A stretch of 64,000 nt of DNA from an uncultured Spirochaetota bacterium (GCA_963745235.1 CAVUXE010000084.1:27507-91506), one strand, 5' to 3'. Counted from the stretch's first letter, positions 38,302-49,309 are shown. Numbers and translations: made by a program. Notes: generated by a model not told the origin, from the letters alone.

Positions 38302-39814
38302 ATGCTGACACTGAAGATAGCCTGGAGAAGTCTCCTTCGGCACAAGGCCAAGAGCTTCGTGATCGGGATCATCCTTTTCCTGGGGGCTTTCATCATGACC
38401 CTGGGGGATGCCACGGCCATCGGGATGAGGCGGGGAATCGAGGAGAACGTGGTGAAGAGCCTCACGGGGAACGTGGTGCTCGTGAGCAATGAAGAGACCA
38501 AGGACAACGTGCTGTTCACCCCGATGATGAAACCGCTGAAGGTGCTGAAAGAGTACGACAGGGTCCGCTCCGTGTTGCAGCAGCAGCCGTATGTGAAGGA
38601 CTTTCTGCCCATGACGCGCGGCGGGGTGTCGATCCTGGGCGGCCAGGAAATGAACTTCATGGGGACCATCGGCGTCAACTTCGATGACTTCCAGCGGGTG
38701 TTCGGCAACCCGATCAAGGCCGTGGAGGGACACCTGCTGCATGGCAGCGAGCACGGCATCCTGCTGAACGTCCAGGGCAGGCAGAACCAATACAAGTCAC
38801 AGGGCTACTGGCTGGTGCCCCAGGGCACGGAGCTGGACAGAGCGAACCTGAGCGCCGAGGCGAAGAAGGAGCCCAACCTCGAGGTGAGAAGCTCTCTCGC
38901 CCTGGAAGGCTTCGGAGAGGTGAACTCGACGAACAAGGACGTGCCGGTGGTGGGGGTCATGCGCTTCAAGAGCCTGAACACGCTGTTCCAGGAGGTCACG
39001 ATCATGGACATCGAGACCTACCGGGAGCTCTTCGGGTACTACACGGCGGAAGACGTGGTGGAGAAGCTACCCGCGAGGGAGAGCGCGCTCCTGTCGGCGG
39101 GTGAGGATTCGCTTTTCGAAGGCGGGGACATCTATGCGTCCGGGCAGACCAGCTCCAGCGTCAGCGCGCTGGAGAAGCAGATCAAGGCGCCTGCGAAGGT
39201 GACGCGGAAGATCAACTTCGATGATGCCGCGTACAACTATGTCTCCGTCCTGCTGAAACCGGGGCAGAGCGTGGACGGGGCCGTGGGAAAGCTGAAACAG
39301 GTGATGAAGGACAACAACCTGCCGGTGAAGGTGTTGAGCTGGAAGAAGGCCTCGGGGCAGCTGGCATCCACGGCGGACATCCTGCAGATCATCATCTACG
39401 TATTCGTGATCCTGCTGTTCTTCGTGGCCATCATCATCATCATGAACACCCTGAGCATGAACGCCCTGGAGCGCACGGAGGAGTTCGGAATGATGAGGGC
39501 CGTGGGGGCGCAGAAAGGCTTTGTCACGAAGATGTTTCTCGCGGAGACTTTCTCCCTGTCGTTTGTCTTCGGGGGGGCGGGCATCCTGGTCGGCGTGATC
39601 GCAACGTGGGTCGTTCGAGGGCTGCACATCGGCTCCGCCGGGGAACGAGATATTCGAGCTGCTGTTCGGCGGGGAGATATTCCGCCCGACCCTCGGGTTC
39701 GTGGGACTCGTGGTCGGCATTATCGGGCTTGCGGCGGTGACTGTGCTCGCGGTGCTGTACCCGGTGCGGGTGGCGCGCAGGATCACGCCCCTTGACGCCA
39801 TCAACCGTCACTAG
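38302..39814 (+). CDS. FtsX/LolE-type ABC permease (extra G near 39640)
   Basis: KIAWRSLLR, a large periplasmic loop and ERTEEFGMMRAVG. The C-terminus YPVRVARRITPLDAINRH is in a shifted frame. Confidence 0.9.
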
Positions 39815-39829
39815 GCAAGGAAGATCGAG

Positions 39830-41609
39830 ATGAGAAACTTTCTGAACTCCATGCTTTCGAAGGTCCGCAGCGTGCGGGTCGTGTCGAAGATCGCCTTCCG
39901 CAACCTGGTGCGCCAGTTCCGCCGCAACCTGCTCCTGGGCATCGGGATCGCCGTGAGCATGTGCATCCTGGTCGTCACCGCGTCTTTCACCAACGGTCTG
40001 ACCGACATCCTGTTCAACAGGGTGATGGTCTACATGACGCGGGCACATCAGGGTGGTCGAAGACTCGTATGTCTCGCGCAGAAGCGACGTCATCCGGGAT
40101 ACGCCGCGCTTCATCGAGATAATCAAGAAGACCGTCCCGGGCATCAAGCGCATCGATGTCACAGTCAGCGCCTTCGGTCGCAGCATCGGCAACGGGAAGA
40201 CGGGCATGTGCGCGCTGGTGGGCATCCCCAAGGACGCGGATTTCTACAAGGACACGCAGCTGGAAGCCGGCCACACGGAAGACATCTTCAAGCCGGATGT
40301 GTTCCCCGGGATCATTCTCTACAAGAACGCGGCGAAAGACATCAACGTCGGGCTGAACGACATCGTTACCGTCCGGTTCGACACGATCTATGGCCAGTCG
40401 CAGGCGCCGAAGTTCAAGGTGGTCGGCCTCATCCCGTCGGAAAACATGTTCATGGACGTCGCGGCCTTCGTGGACCAGGACACGCTGCGGCAGTTGCTGA
40501 ACATGAAGCCGGATGAGTCCCTCGGGCTCAACATCGTCACCGACTATCCCGAGGACCAGAGGAGGGTCATCCAGGAAGCGAACAAGCTGCATTCAGCGCT
40601 GGCTCCTGAAGCCGCGGGCGTGAAGGCTCTTTTTGCGGCCGGGGACAAGCGGGCAGTGGCGGATACCTTCGCGTTGAGGCTGGATGACCCGCTGGCTTCG
40701 CAGATCGCAAAGGACAACCTCCAGTTCGTGAAGGGGGACCTCGCGTCCCTCGCGCAGGACAAGAACGGCATCATTCTCACGGAGACTCTGGCCGCGCGGC
40801 TGGGAGCGGACACCGGCGCTCATCTGACCTGCAGCTATGCGCCGAAGAGCGGCACGGACACCATCGACAGGGATGTCGTCGTGAAAGGGATCGTGAAATC
40901 GGTCTCTCCCTTCGCGGATGCCACCGCCTTCGCCAATCCCGAGGTGTTCTACCAGACCTATTACTGGAACATCCCGCGGCAGCCGGCCACCGTGGCCCAC
41001 GATGCGCCGCTTTTCAAAGCGCTCCTGCCCGAGTGGGACCTCATGGCTCGCAGCTCCAACACGGACGCCGCTGTCAAGAAGCGCCAGCTCCTGGGAAGAG
41101 AGTCATGGAAGGGCGCCAAGGTGGACGTGCAGACCATGTTCGAAAATGCCAGCGCCATCGTGGATTTCCAGAAAGGGTTGAACACGGTGTCGCTCGTGGC
41201 AGTGCTGGTGCTGTTCTTCGTGATCCTCATCGGGGTGGTGAACACCATGAGGATGAGCATCCGAGAGCGCACCCGAGAGATCGGGACCAACCGGGCCATC
41301 GGGATGCAGCGCGGTGACGTCCGAAGCGTGTTCGTCATGGAGATCGTGTTCCTGGCCGTCCTGTCCTGCGTGGTCGGGATCCTCCTGGCCTGGGGAGTCA
41401 TGTCCCTCCTGGGGCTCCTGACATTTGACCTGAAGGACAACCCGTTCAGCATGTTCTTCGTTCAGAAGCACCTGTATTTCGTGCCGAAGGTCGCCACCAT
41501 TGTCGCGAACTTCGTGACGATCGTCCTGGTGGCCTTCCTGATAGCATTCTTCACGGCTCGGCGCGCGGCCAGGATGAGAGTGGCAGACGCGCTGCGCCAC
41601 TACGAGTAG
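39830..41609 (+). CDS. Second FtsX/LolE-type ABC permease (indel near 40040)
   Basis: IAFRNLVRQFRR, ERTREIGTNRAIG and ARRAARMRVADALR. Confidence 0.9.
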
Positions 41610-41618
41610 GAGAGACAG

Positions 41619-42392
41619 ATGGGTATGCGAAAGCTGATGCTCGTGACAGGGCTTTTGGGGCTGGCCGCAGCCCTCTGGGCCAACCCCTCGGTGAGCGAGA
41701 TCATCGACCAGGTGGACACGCACATGCAGCTGCGAAGCGACATGACCGCGCAGGCGCGCATCACCACCAGGGACCCCGAGCAGGGCACGAAGGTGATCGA
41801 CAGCGTGTACTACCGTCGGGACAGCGATGATGCGTTTCTGATCGTCATCGCCTCCCCCGAGAGCGACCGCGGCAACGGGTACATGCGGGTGGGGGACAAC
41901 CTGTGGATGTACAAGCGCGCCACGCGGACCTTCACGCACATCGGGCGGGATGAGAAGATCGGGGGGTCCAACGCGAGCGCGGGGGACATGGAGACGAGGA
42001 AGTTCAAGGACCTGTACAAGGCGTCCCTGGATGCCGCGGGCAAGGAGATCATTTCCGAGGAGACCATCGGGGGAGCGAAGATCCCGGTGTATCGCGTGGA
42101 GGTGACGGCGAAGGTCAACGACGTGAAGTACCCGAAGCTGGTGATGTGGGTGACGCGGGACAAGTACCTGGAGCTGAAGCGGGAGTGCTACAGCCTGTCG
42201 GGGACGCTGATGGAGACTGACCTGTACACCAGCTACAAGGACGTGGACGGGCGCTACGTGCCTTTGCTGATGAAGTTCACCGACGAGGTGGAGAAGGGGC
42301 ACACCTCGGTGCTGGAGATCACGGGGATCAACTTCTCCAAGGTGGATGACTACAAGTTCGACAAGTCATACCTGGAAAGCCTCAGCAAGTAA
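41619..42392 (+). CDS. LolA-like outer membrane lipoprotein-sorting protein
   Basis: Signal peptide, P..DRG.GY....NLWMY, GS.AS.GD and Y.KL.MWV pattern. Confidence 0.85.
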   Translation: MGMRKLMLVTGLLGLAAALWANPSVSEIIDQVDTHMQLRSDMTAQARITTRDPEQGTKVIDSVYYRRDSDDAFLIVIASPESDRGNGYMRVGDNLWMYKRATRTFTHIGRDEKIGGSNASAGDMETRKFKDLYKASLDAAGKEIISEETIGGAKIPVYRVEVTAKVNDVKYPKLVMWVTRDKYLELKRECYSLSGTLMETDLYTSYKDVDGRYVPLLMKFTDEVEKGHTSVLEITGINFSKVDDYKFDKSYLESLSK

Positions 42393-42406
42393 ACTGGAGT
42401 CTCACA

Positions 42407-43885
42407 ATGAAACGTATCGCATGGCTCGTCTGTTGTGCGCTTCTGGCCGGCTCCGCGCTCTGGGGGCAGGGCGCGGCCCCAGCCACGGGTGACGCAGGGA
42501 CCGCGGGGACTGCCCAGGGGTCCGGCTCCCCGGCGGCCACCCCCGGTGCCCCTGCGGCCGCAGCGGGCGCCGCGGCGGCCACAGCTGGATCCGGGGAGGA
42601 TGAGTTCTTCGGATCCGGGAACGTGGAGGCCAAGCCAGGGGCCGCGGAAAAGCCGAATGTCGCCGAGCAGGTCGAATCGGAGAAGCTCGGCTTTTCCGGC
42701 CAGCTTCAGACCTTGAGCTCGTATACGATGACCCGCAACTTCATCCAGGGCAACACGGGGTTCAGCGACAACACGTTTGCAAACACGATCATGGGGGATT
42801 TCCTGGTGGATGCGAGGCTGCCCAGGAGCTTTCGGATGTTCATGGACCTGAACATCAACTACGTGCCCACGGGAGTGCCCGTGCCGGTTACCGGAACGGC
42901 CATCTCGCCGGTCCCTGGACCGCTTTCGGTATTCCAGAACGAGACCACCCTCCTGGACATCAAGGAGGTGTTCGTCGACTTCAACTTCGCAAGCAATGCG
43001 ATCCACTTCCGGGCCGGCAAGCAGGTGCTCCAGTGGGGCACGGGCTACTTCTGGAACCCGACGGACTTGATCAACGTCGCGCACAAGAGCTTCACGAACC
43101 TCAACGCGCTGCTGGACGGCGTCTTCGGCCTGCGGACGGACGTGACGTTTTCCCAGGCGTTCCATCTCTACACGTTCATCAACCTGAACGGGGTCACCGA
43201 CCTCACCGACGTGGCGTATGCGGCAAGGACCGAGTTCCTGGCCGGAAAGGTCGAGTTCGGGTTCTCCGGCTGGTACGAGTACGACAAGATACCCGTGTTC
43301 GGCACGGACATCACAACGCCCCTGTTCTGGGAGCTGAACCTGACCGGAGAGGCCAGCCTGTCCTATGGGGACAACGCCCAGAAGATCGATGCGAGCGGCA
43401 ATCCATACTCGGTCAGCAACCAGTTTGTCCCCAAGGTGGACATCGGGCTATCGCGGACATTCGATGTTCTCAACGTCGTGGACAGGCTCATGGTCGAGGC
43501 TGAGTTCTTCTGGAACTCCGACGGCTACGGCCAGAACATGTTCCAGACCCCGACGAGCCCTGGTCTGATCCCTTTCCCTGCCTCTCCGTACTATCATGCA
43601 AGCTATTACGGCCAGTACTATGGAGCCCTGTTCGTCTCTATCAACGACTTCGGCCTTCCCAACATGACCCTGTCGTTGAACGGTCTGATGAACTTCTCCG
43701 ACTCCTCGGGGATCGCGCTGATCGGGCTTTCTGACTCGCCAGTCAGCAACTTCACGCTCCAGCTCCAGGTCGGATCGTTCCTGGGACCGAGCAATGGCGA
43801 GTACACCTCTTCGTTCAATGCGACGACAAACGGACTGACGAGCAACATGTTCCTGGTGATCCTCAGCGCGCAGGTCAATTTCTGA
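42407..43885 (+). CDS. Putative outer-membrane beta-barrel protein
   Basis: Signal peptide, an Ala/Gly linker, RAGKQVLQWGTGYFWNPTD, amphipathic strands and a terminal Phe. Confidence 0.75.
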   Translation: MKRIAWLVCCALLAGSALWGQGAAPATGDAGTAGTAQGSGSPAATPGAPAAAAGAAAATAGSGEDEFFGSGNVEAKPGAAEKPNVAEQVESEKLGFSGQLQTLSSYTMTRNFIQGNTGFSDNTFANTIMGDFLVDARLPRSFRMFMDLNINYVPTGVPVPVTGTAISPVPGPLSVFQNETTLLDIKEVFVDFNFASNAIHFRAGKQVLQWGTGYFWNPTDLINVAHKSFTNLNALLDGVFGLRTDVTFSQAFHLYTFINLNGVTDLTDVAYAARTEFLAGKVEFGFSGWYEYDKIPVFGTDITTPLFWELNLTGEASLSYGDNAQKIDASGNPYSVSNQFVPKVDIGLSRTFDVLNVVDRLMVEAEFFWNSDGYGQNMFQTPTSPGLIPFPASPYYHASYYGQYYGALFVSINDFGLPNMTLSLNGLMNFSDSSGIALIGLSDSPVSNFTLQLQVGSFLGPSNGEYTSSFNATTNGLTSNMFLVILSAQVNF

Positions 43886-43922
43886 CCTTTCTCGCGGGAA
43901 GATTTCGGTTTAGAATCGGTTT

Positions 43923-44609
43923 GTGCTGAGAACCGAAGACGAGATCAGGGCCCGCCTCATAGAGACAATGGATCCGGAGAGCATCATACTCTTCGGGTCC
44001 CGCGCCGCAGGGACGGCCGCGGTAACAAGCGATTTCGATCTCCTGATCGTCACCACGGCCGGCACACGACCGAGCGATCGGCGGGCCATCGCCGAGCGGG
44101 CGCTCTCCGACCGCGCCGTCCCCATCGACATCTTTGTCTATACGCCTGCGGAGATGCGGTATCTCCACAGCATCGGAAGTCCTTTTATCGATGAAGTGCT
44201 GGAAACCGGGAGGGTGCTGTACGTGAGGAAAGCAACCGAACAGTGGATTCTCGATGCGGAGGACGAGCTCTCCTCCGCCCGGATCCTCCTTGCGAACGGG
44301 AAAACCCGAACCGCATGCTTCCACAGCCAGCAGTGCGTGGAGAAATGCCTCAAGGCGTTGATCATCGAGAAAGGCGAGAGGCCCGAAAAGACGCATGATA
44401 TTGTCGAGCTCGGCTCCCATGCCCGGAGGGCAGGGTGGGGAATCGACCTCGAAGTGGAAGATGCCGTTTTTTTGAACAGCATCTACAAAGGTCGCTACCC
44501 CTCAGAGGAGGGTCTTCTCCCCTACGGTGAGCCCACGGAGCAGGACGCCCGCCGCGCGGTGAGCGCGGCCGAGAACGCTTTCCGCTCGATGAAGAAAGCG
44601 ATCGGGTGA
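43923..44609 (+). CDS. Fused minimal nucleotidyltransferase (MNT) + HEPN protein
   Basis: LFGSRAAG...SDFDL, then in frame FHSQQCVEKCLKA...KTHD...RYP. Confidence 0.88.
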   Translation: MLRTEDEIRARLIETMDPESIILFGSRAAGTAAVTSDFDLLIVTTAGTRPSDRRAIAERALSDRAVPIDIFVYTPAEMRYLHSIGSPFIDEVLETGRVLYVRKATEQWILDAEDELSSARILLANGKTRTACFHSQQCVEKCLKALIIEKGERPEKTHDIVELGSHARRAGWGIDLEVEDAVFLNSIYKGRYPSEEGLLPYGEPTEQDARRAVSAAENAFRSMKKAIG

Positions 44610-44706
44610 ATCACAAGACTCGCAAAACCCCCGGCTATTGTCCCCTGTATATCAGTACGTGACGATTCCGTTGGGACGCTGGCGTCCCGGACTCCGGGGG
44701 TGAATC

Positions 44707-45240
44707 ATGAGCTTTCTCAACGCACTTCACATGTGGCACGATTTCTACGTCGGAATGGGGATTGCCTCCGCGGCGCTCCTGGGGTTTGCTTTCCTGGGGC
44801 TCTCGGAGCGAAGCGATCGGATGAACGGGCACCAAGGGTCGCGCGGATTGGAAGGCCACACGCTCGGCTCGCTGCTCGGCCTCGTGACGGTGTCCCTCGT
44901 GATCCTGATTCCTGGCCAAAGTCCGAAATCCCTTGGTCTTACGCTCTTTGCGGCCGGCGTCGTGGGGTTGGCCGCGACGGCCAGGCTTCTCTGGCCGCTC
45001 AAGCAGGCGAGCCCCGCTTTTCTCGCGTGGAGGATCGTCCTGCCCCTGGTTGTCCTGCTTGCCGATATTCTTGCTTCGATCATGCTCCTTGTCGACGCCA
45101 GGAGCTCCGGGATGGAGAGCCTCTACCTGCTCTCCGCGGCTTTCCTCATCCTTCTCCTGACCGCCGCCCGCAACGCGTGGGAGCTTCTGGGCCGCCCGGG
45201 GCAGGAAAGGCTGAAGCTCCACAAAGGAACCAGGGGCTGA
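44707..45240 (+). CDS. Hypothetical multi-pass membrane protein
   Basis: About five hydrophobic segments, with WHDFY...ASAALLG and NAWELL. Confidence 0.7.
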   Translation: MSFLNALHMWHDFYVGMGIASAALLGFAFLGLSERSDRMNGHQGSRGLEGHTLGSLLGLVTVSLVILIPGQSPKSLGLTLFAAGVVGLAATARLLWPLKQASPAFLAWRIVLPLVVLLADILASIMLLVDARSSGMESLYLLSAAFLILLLTAARNAWELLGRPGQERLKLHKGTRG

Positions 45241-45369
45241 TAGAGCTCTCGGATCGCTCCTGCGCAGCGAAAACCGCTTTCCTGCCGCCTGCACGTGAAA
45301 CCCTGTCAAACGATCCGGATTCCAGGCTATAATGGCGTGAATCCAGGCTGGACAAAAATCGGGGGGTCC

Positions 45370-47814
45370 TTGAGAAAGCAAGGCGCACGGGCGGTGCGGG
45401 AGCTTTACAAATCGATCGCGGACAACGCGTACGACTGGATCTACTGGCGCGCGCCGGATGGAAAGCTTCCCTATGTCTCACCTTCCAGCGAGCATATGAC
45501 AGGCTACCGGCCCGCCGAGTTCGCGGAAGACCCGGGCCTGCTGGTGAGAATCGTGCATCCGGATGACGCTGAGATCTTCCAGGCCCATCTTGACCGGGAA
45601 GCGGGTCGTTCGAACGAGGGCAGTCCCTTCGATTTTCGCATCATCGCCAGGGACGGAAGCACGCGCTGGATCAGCCATGCCTGCCTGCCGGTACTCGATG
45701 GCGAGGGCAGGCTCCTTGGGCGCCGGGCGACCAATCGGGACGTCAGTCTCAGGAAGACGCTGGAGGAGCAGGTCCAGAGCCTGGCGAAGTTCCCCTCGGA
45801 GAATCCCAACCCCATTCTCCGCATCGGCCGTGATGGCGCAATCCTGTATTCGAATGAAGCGGGGCGGGCCCTGATGCGAACGTGGGAAGACCATGAGCTG
45901 CCCCCGCCCATGCGTGAGCTCATTGCGGAAACCTTTGCCGGTGGGGAGCAAAGGAGGGCGGACATCCCGTGCGGGCAGTGGGTCTTTTCCTTCGACATCA
46001 TTCAACCCGCGGACGCGCACTACGTCAACGTGTACGGCACCGACGTGACCGAACGGCGAAAAGCAGAAGACGGCTTCCGCGCTGCCCGTGATGCGCTTGA
46101 CCTGGCCGTCCGCGAGCGCACCGATGAGCTTCGGCGCACCAACCGGCTGCTGCGCATGATATCCGCGTGCAACCAGGCCCTGGTGGGGATCGACGATGAG
46201 AAGGAGCTCGTCCAGGCGGTCTGCCAGCTCATCCTGGACGAGGGGGGCTACCGGATGGCCTGGGTGGGATATGCGGACCAGGACGGCGCGCGACTGGTGC
46301 GCCCCGTCGGAAATGCCGGGTTCGAGGCCGGGTATCTCGACCGTGCCGGCATCACCTCCGCCGATACGGAACGAGGCAGAGGGCCCACCGGCACGGCAAT
46401 CCGGGAGTGCAGGCCCTGCATGGGCAGTGACTTCCTCACCGAGCCGTCCCTTGCACCGTGGCGCGAAGAGGCTCTCCGCCGGGGATTTCGCTCTTCCATC
46501 GCCCTCCCCCTTGTGAGCCAGGGACGCGCGTTCGGAGCGCTGACAATTTACTCCGAGCTGCCCTCCGGGTTCGACCCGGAGCAGCAGACTCTCCTTGGCG
46601 AGCTCGCAGGGGACCTCTCGTTCGGCATCATGTCGGTGCGGGCGCGCGTACAGCGAGACCAGGCGCAGAAGAGCCTCGAGCAACGGACGGAGCTCCTGCG
46701 CTCACTGGCCGTCGAGCTGGTGCAGGCGGAAGAACGCGAGCGGCGAAGGATCGGCAGGGTCCTCCACGACCAGCTTCAGCAGCTCATTGCGGGGGCGAGG
46801 TTTGGCCTGGAAAGCCTCCGTTCCTCCGGCGTTGCGGAGGGCGTCCGTGAAACCGTGGACAAGATCGACGCGATGCTCAAAGAGGGCCTGGACGTCTCCC
46901 GTTCTCTCACCACCGAGCTGAGCCCGCCCATCCAGTACAGCGCGGAGCTGCGAAGCGTGATGGAATGGCTTGCGGCCTGGGCCAGGGAGAGGTATGGCCT
47001 GCAGGTGGCCATCCACTCCCGGGAAGAGCTGCGCGTCGAGTCCGAAGAGATCCGCATGACCTTGTTCCGCGCGGTGCGGGAGCTTCTTTTCAACATCGTC
47101 AAGCACGCGGGGGTGAAGGAAGCAAGCCTGTCCCTCCGCCGTCATGGAACCGGCAAGGTCCAGGTGACCGTTTCCGACAAGGGGAAGGGGTTCGCCCTCG
47201 AGGCGCTTCGCGCTCACGGGGGAACGTCGGGAGGGCTCGGGCTTTTCAGCCTCCAGGAGCGCCTGGAGGCGCTCGGCGGATCGATTGCCATCGAGAGCGT
47301 GCCCGGCAGGGGAAGCTCTTTCACCCTGTGCGTCCCCGTGGAGCAGATCCCGTCCGCGCATCCGCAGCCGCCATACACCTCCGTTCATTCCTCCGAAGAG
47401 GCACGCGAAGGGCAATGCCGGGAGCCCGTTTCTCCCGGCGGACCGAGGATCCGCGTTCTCCTGGTGGACGATCACCTCGTTGTGCGCCAGGGCCTTGCCA
47501 TGGTGCTGGGCGGTGAGCCGGACATCGAGATCGTGGGGGAGGCCTCGAACGGCCAGACCGCCATAGCGCTCGCCTGCCGGCTTCACCCCGACGTGGTCAC
47601 TATGGATGTCGGTCTTCCGGACATGAGCGGCATCGAAGCTACCCGGGCAATTCACGCGGCGCTTCCCGGCGTCGCCATCATCGGGCTTTCCATGTTCGAG
47701 GACCAGGAAGATGCAATGCGTCAGGCCGGCGCGGCAGGGTACCTGGCGAAGACGGGTGCGTCGTCCAACCTCCTTGCGGCCATCCGGGCGTCGTGTCGTA
47801 AAAAGCCGACATAG
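45370..47814 (+). CDS. Cytoplasmic hybrid sensor kinase: PAS-PAS-GAF-HisKA_3-HATPase-REC
   Basis: VHPDD PAS, GRGPTG GAF, ERRRIGRVLHD, DKGKGF / GLGL, and REC with VDDH...MD. Start is approximate. Confidence 0.9.
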   Translation: MRKQGARAVRELYKSIADNAYDWIYWRAPDGKLPYVSPSSEHMTGYRPAEFAEDPGLLVRIVHPDDAEIFQAHLDREAGRSNEGSPFDFRIIARDGSTRWISHACLPVLDGEGRLLGRRATNRDVSLRKTLEEQVQSLAKFPSENPNPILRIGRDGAILYSNEAGRALMRTWEDHELPPPMRELIAETFAGGEQRRADIPCGQWVFSFDIIQPADAHYVNVYGTDVTERRKAEDGFRAARDALDLAVRERTDELRRTNRLLRMISACNQALVGIDDEKELVQAVCQLILDEGGYRMAWVGYADQDGARLVRPVGNAGFEAGYLDRAGITSADTERGRGPTGTAIRECRPCMGSDFLTEPSLAPWREEALRRGFRSSIALPLVSQGRAFGALTIYSELPSGFDPEQQTLLGELAGDLSFGIMSVRARVQRDQAQKSLEQRTELLRSLAVELVQAEERERRRIGRVLHDQLQQLIAGARFGLESLRSSGVAEGVRETVDKIDAMLKEGLDVSRSLTTELSPPIQYSAELRSVMEWLAAWARERYGLQVAIHSREELRVESEEIRMTLFRAVRELLFNIVKHAGVKEASLSLRRHGTGKVQVTVSDKGKGFALEALRAHGGTSGGLGLFSLQERLEALGGSIAIESVPGRGSSFTLCVPVEQIPSAHPQPPYTSVHSSEEAREGQCREPVSPGGPRIRVLLVDDHLVVRQGLAMVLGGEPDIEIVGEASNGQTAIALACRLHPDVVTMDVGLPDMSGIEATRAIHAALPGVAIIGLSMFEDQEDAMRQAGAAGYLAKTGASSNLLAAIRASCRKKPT
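47794..47811. promoter_or_regulatory. 18-bp palindrome, candidate NarL/GacA-family binding box
   Basis: TGTCGTAAAAAGCCGACA, with a related box at 49310-49327. Confidence 0.6.
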
Positions 47815-47874
47815 AAAATCATTCGTCCCCCGACTTTCTTTTCCCGCCCGGGCCGCCCTACCTTTGAGCTGCAC

Positions 47875-48099
47875 GTGACCGAGAGAATTGCGAGCTGCGC
47901 CGAGCGGGTGACATCACTGCTCGGGGAGAAACATCTCATCAACATTCTCCTTTTCCCGGAGCTTCTGGGGGAAAGGAGCGTCGTAGCCTACCAGGCCCTT
48001 GGCTGGCTGGCGTGTGAGGGAAAGGTTCGCTATTCGATGAACGGCAGGCAGTGCTACGTGTCCCTTGCCGAAGAGGCCGAGTCCCGGAAAGCGCGGTGA
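47875..48099 (+). CDS. Small winged-helix protein, DUF2582-like
   Basis: ALGWLACEGKVRY signature. Confidence 0.75.
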   Translation: MTERIASCAERVTSLLGEKHLINILLFPELLGERSVVAYQALGWLACEGKVRYSMNGRQCYVSLAEEAESRKAR

Positions 48100-48116
48100 G
48101 CCCGGAGGAGGGCGGA

Positions 48117-49019
48117 ATGCAGGCACCAGGTGACCCCAGCGCGGAAAGCGGTGAGATCGAGGCTTCGTGCGTCGAAACAGGCGGCCGGCTGGATCCCGTG
48201 ACGGGTGACATCCTGACGCAGGTCATGACCGAGCTGGCCACCATGATGTCCCTGCTCGGAAGGACCTCCGCCCGAAGGCGGATTCGGGAAATCCAGGTCC
48301 TCGTCAGGGCGCTCCTGCACCGGACTGCCGGCCTCATCAGGGCGGGGGAGATCGATCCCTGGGTGCGGCTGCGCATGTCCTCGGATGACCCGCCGGTTTC
48401 CCGCTCAGAGGGCACCCTGCGGATCGGCGTCTTTCCGCTTTCAGCCAATCCGATCCACTGGGGCCACCTCCTCTCGGGACTCTCCGCGATGGACCACGCC
48501 AGGCTGGACAAGGTTGTCTTTGTCCTGGCCCATGATCCTTTCCCGACAACCGAGCTTTACCCCGAAGAGCTCAGAAGGGGAGCCGCGGCGGAGGCCATCG
48601 CGCTTTTCCAGCCCCTTTTCACGCTGGTTCCGCCGTCGGGGAAGCCTCTGGACGGCGCCGCCTCTTTTTTCAGGCTCCTGGGGCTCAACGGCCAGCAATC
48701 GATTGAGGCGTTCTATATATCAGGCTGTGAGTCAGGTGCTTCGGCTTCCGTCGCGGAAACAACGGAAGCCCTGCGGAGCCAGGGCGCAAGGACCAGAGCA
48801 GGCAGCCTGCATTCCGTGTCGGTGGTCAGGATCGAAACCGGGTCCGGGGAAGGGCCTTCCCTGGAGGATCCGCGCTTCCTGCTGATTCCGTCAGCGCCGC
48901 CGGAGGTTTCCACCGCCGCTGTCCGCGCGGCAATGCGCTCGGCCCAGGGCCGCGACGAGCTTGCGGCGCTGCCCGCCTGCGCCTTCCGCCACCTGGGGAT
49001 GCTCAGCGGTCTGGATTGA
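48117..49019 (+). CDS. Divergent NadD/cytidylyltransferase-like (HxGH) nucleotidyltransferase
   Basis: IGVFPLSANPIHWGH...LDKVVFV and C-terminal VSTAAVR. Confidence 0.65.
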   Translation: MQAPGDPSAESGEIEASCVETGGRLDPVTGDILTQVMTELATMMSLLGRTSARRRIREIQVLVRALLHRTAGLIRAGEIDPWVRLRMSSDDPPVSRSEGTLRIGVFPLSANPIHWGHLLSGLSAMDHARLDKVVFVLAHDPFPTTELYPEELRRGAAAEAIALFQPLFTLVPPSGKPLDGAASFFRLLGLNGQQSIEAFYISGCESGASASVAETTEALRSQGARTRAGSLHSVSVVRIETGSGEGPSLEDPRFLLIPSAPPEVSTAAVRAAMRSAQGRDELAALPACAFRHLGMLSGLD

Positions 49020-49209
49020 GGGCTACCAGGATCCTTTCATCTTCCCATTTCAGATCGACGTCCGGGTGGCAGGAGAGCCGCGACAACACTCCCAGGGAGT
49101 ACTCCCGGCTTGCGCCAAGGATGGCCTGAATCTCCCAGAGATTCAGCGTTCCCTGCGTGTCGAGGGCCTGCCGTACTCTCATAATGGAAGATCCGACAGT
49201 TTCCGACAT
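49003..49209 (-). CDS. Small winged-helix-like protein (probable DUF2582 paralog)
   Basis: SD GGAGGAG. 68 aa with the same layout as the 47875 protein (VRQAL..GTLNL vs VTSLL..KHLINI; ILVAL vs CYVSL). Confidence 0.55.
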   Translation of the reverse strand: MSETVGSSIMRVRQALDTQGTLNLWEIQAILGASREYSLGVLSRLSCHPDVDLKWEDERILVALNPDR

Positions 49210-49309
49210 CAGCGTCTCCTCCCTCATCAGCGTCGATTGTAACCCTCTCGCCGTCCGGGAAAAGTCGCTGCGGTCATGATTTTTGCCGGGGGATATCAGG
49301 ACAAGCTCG

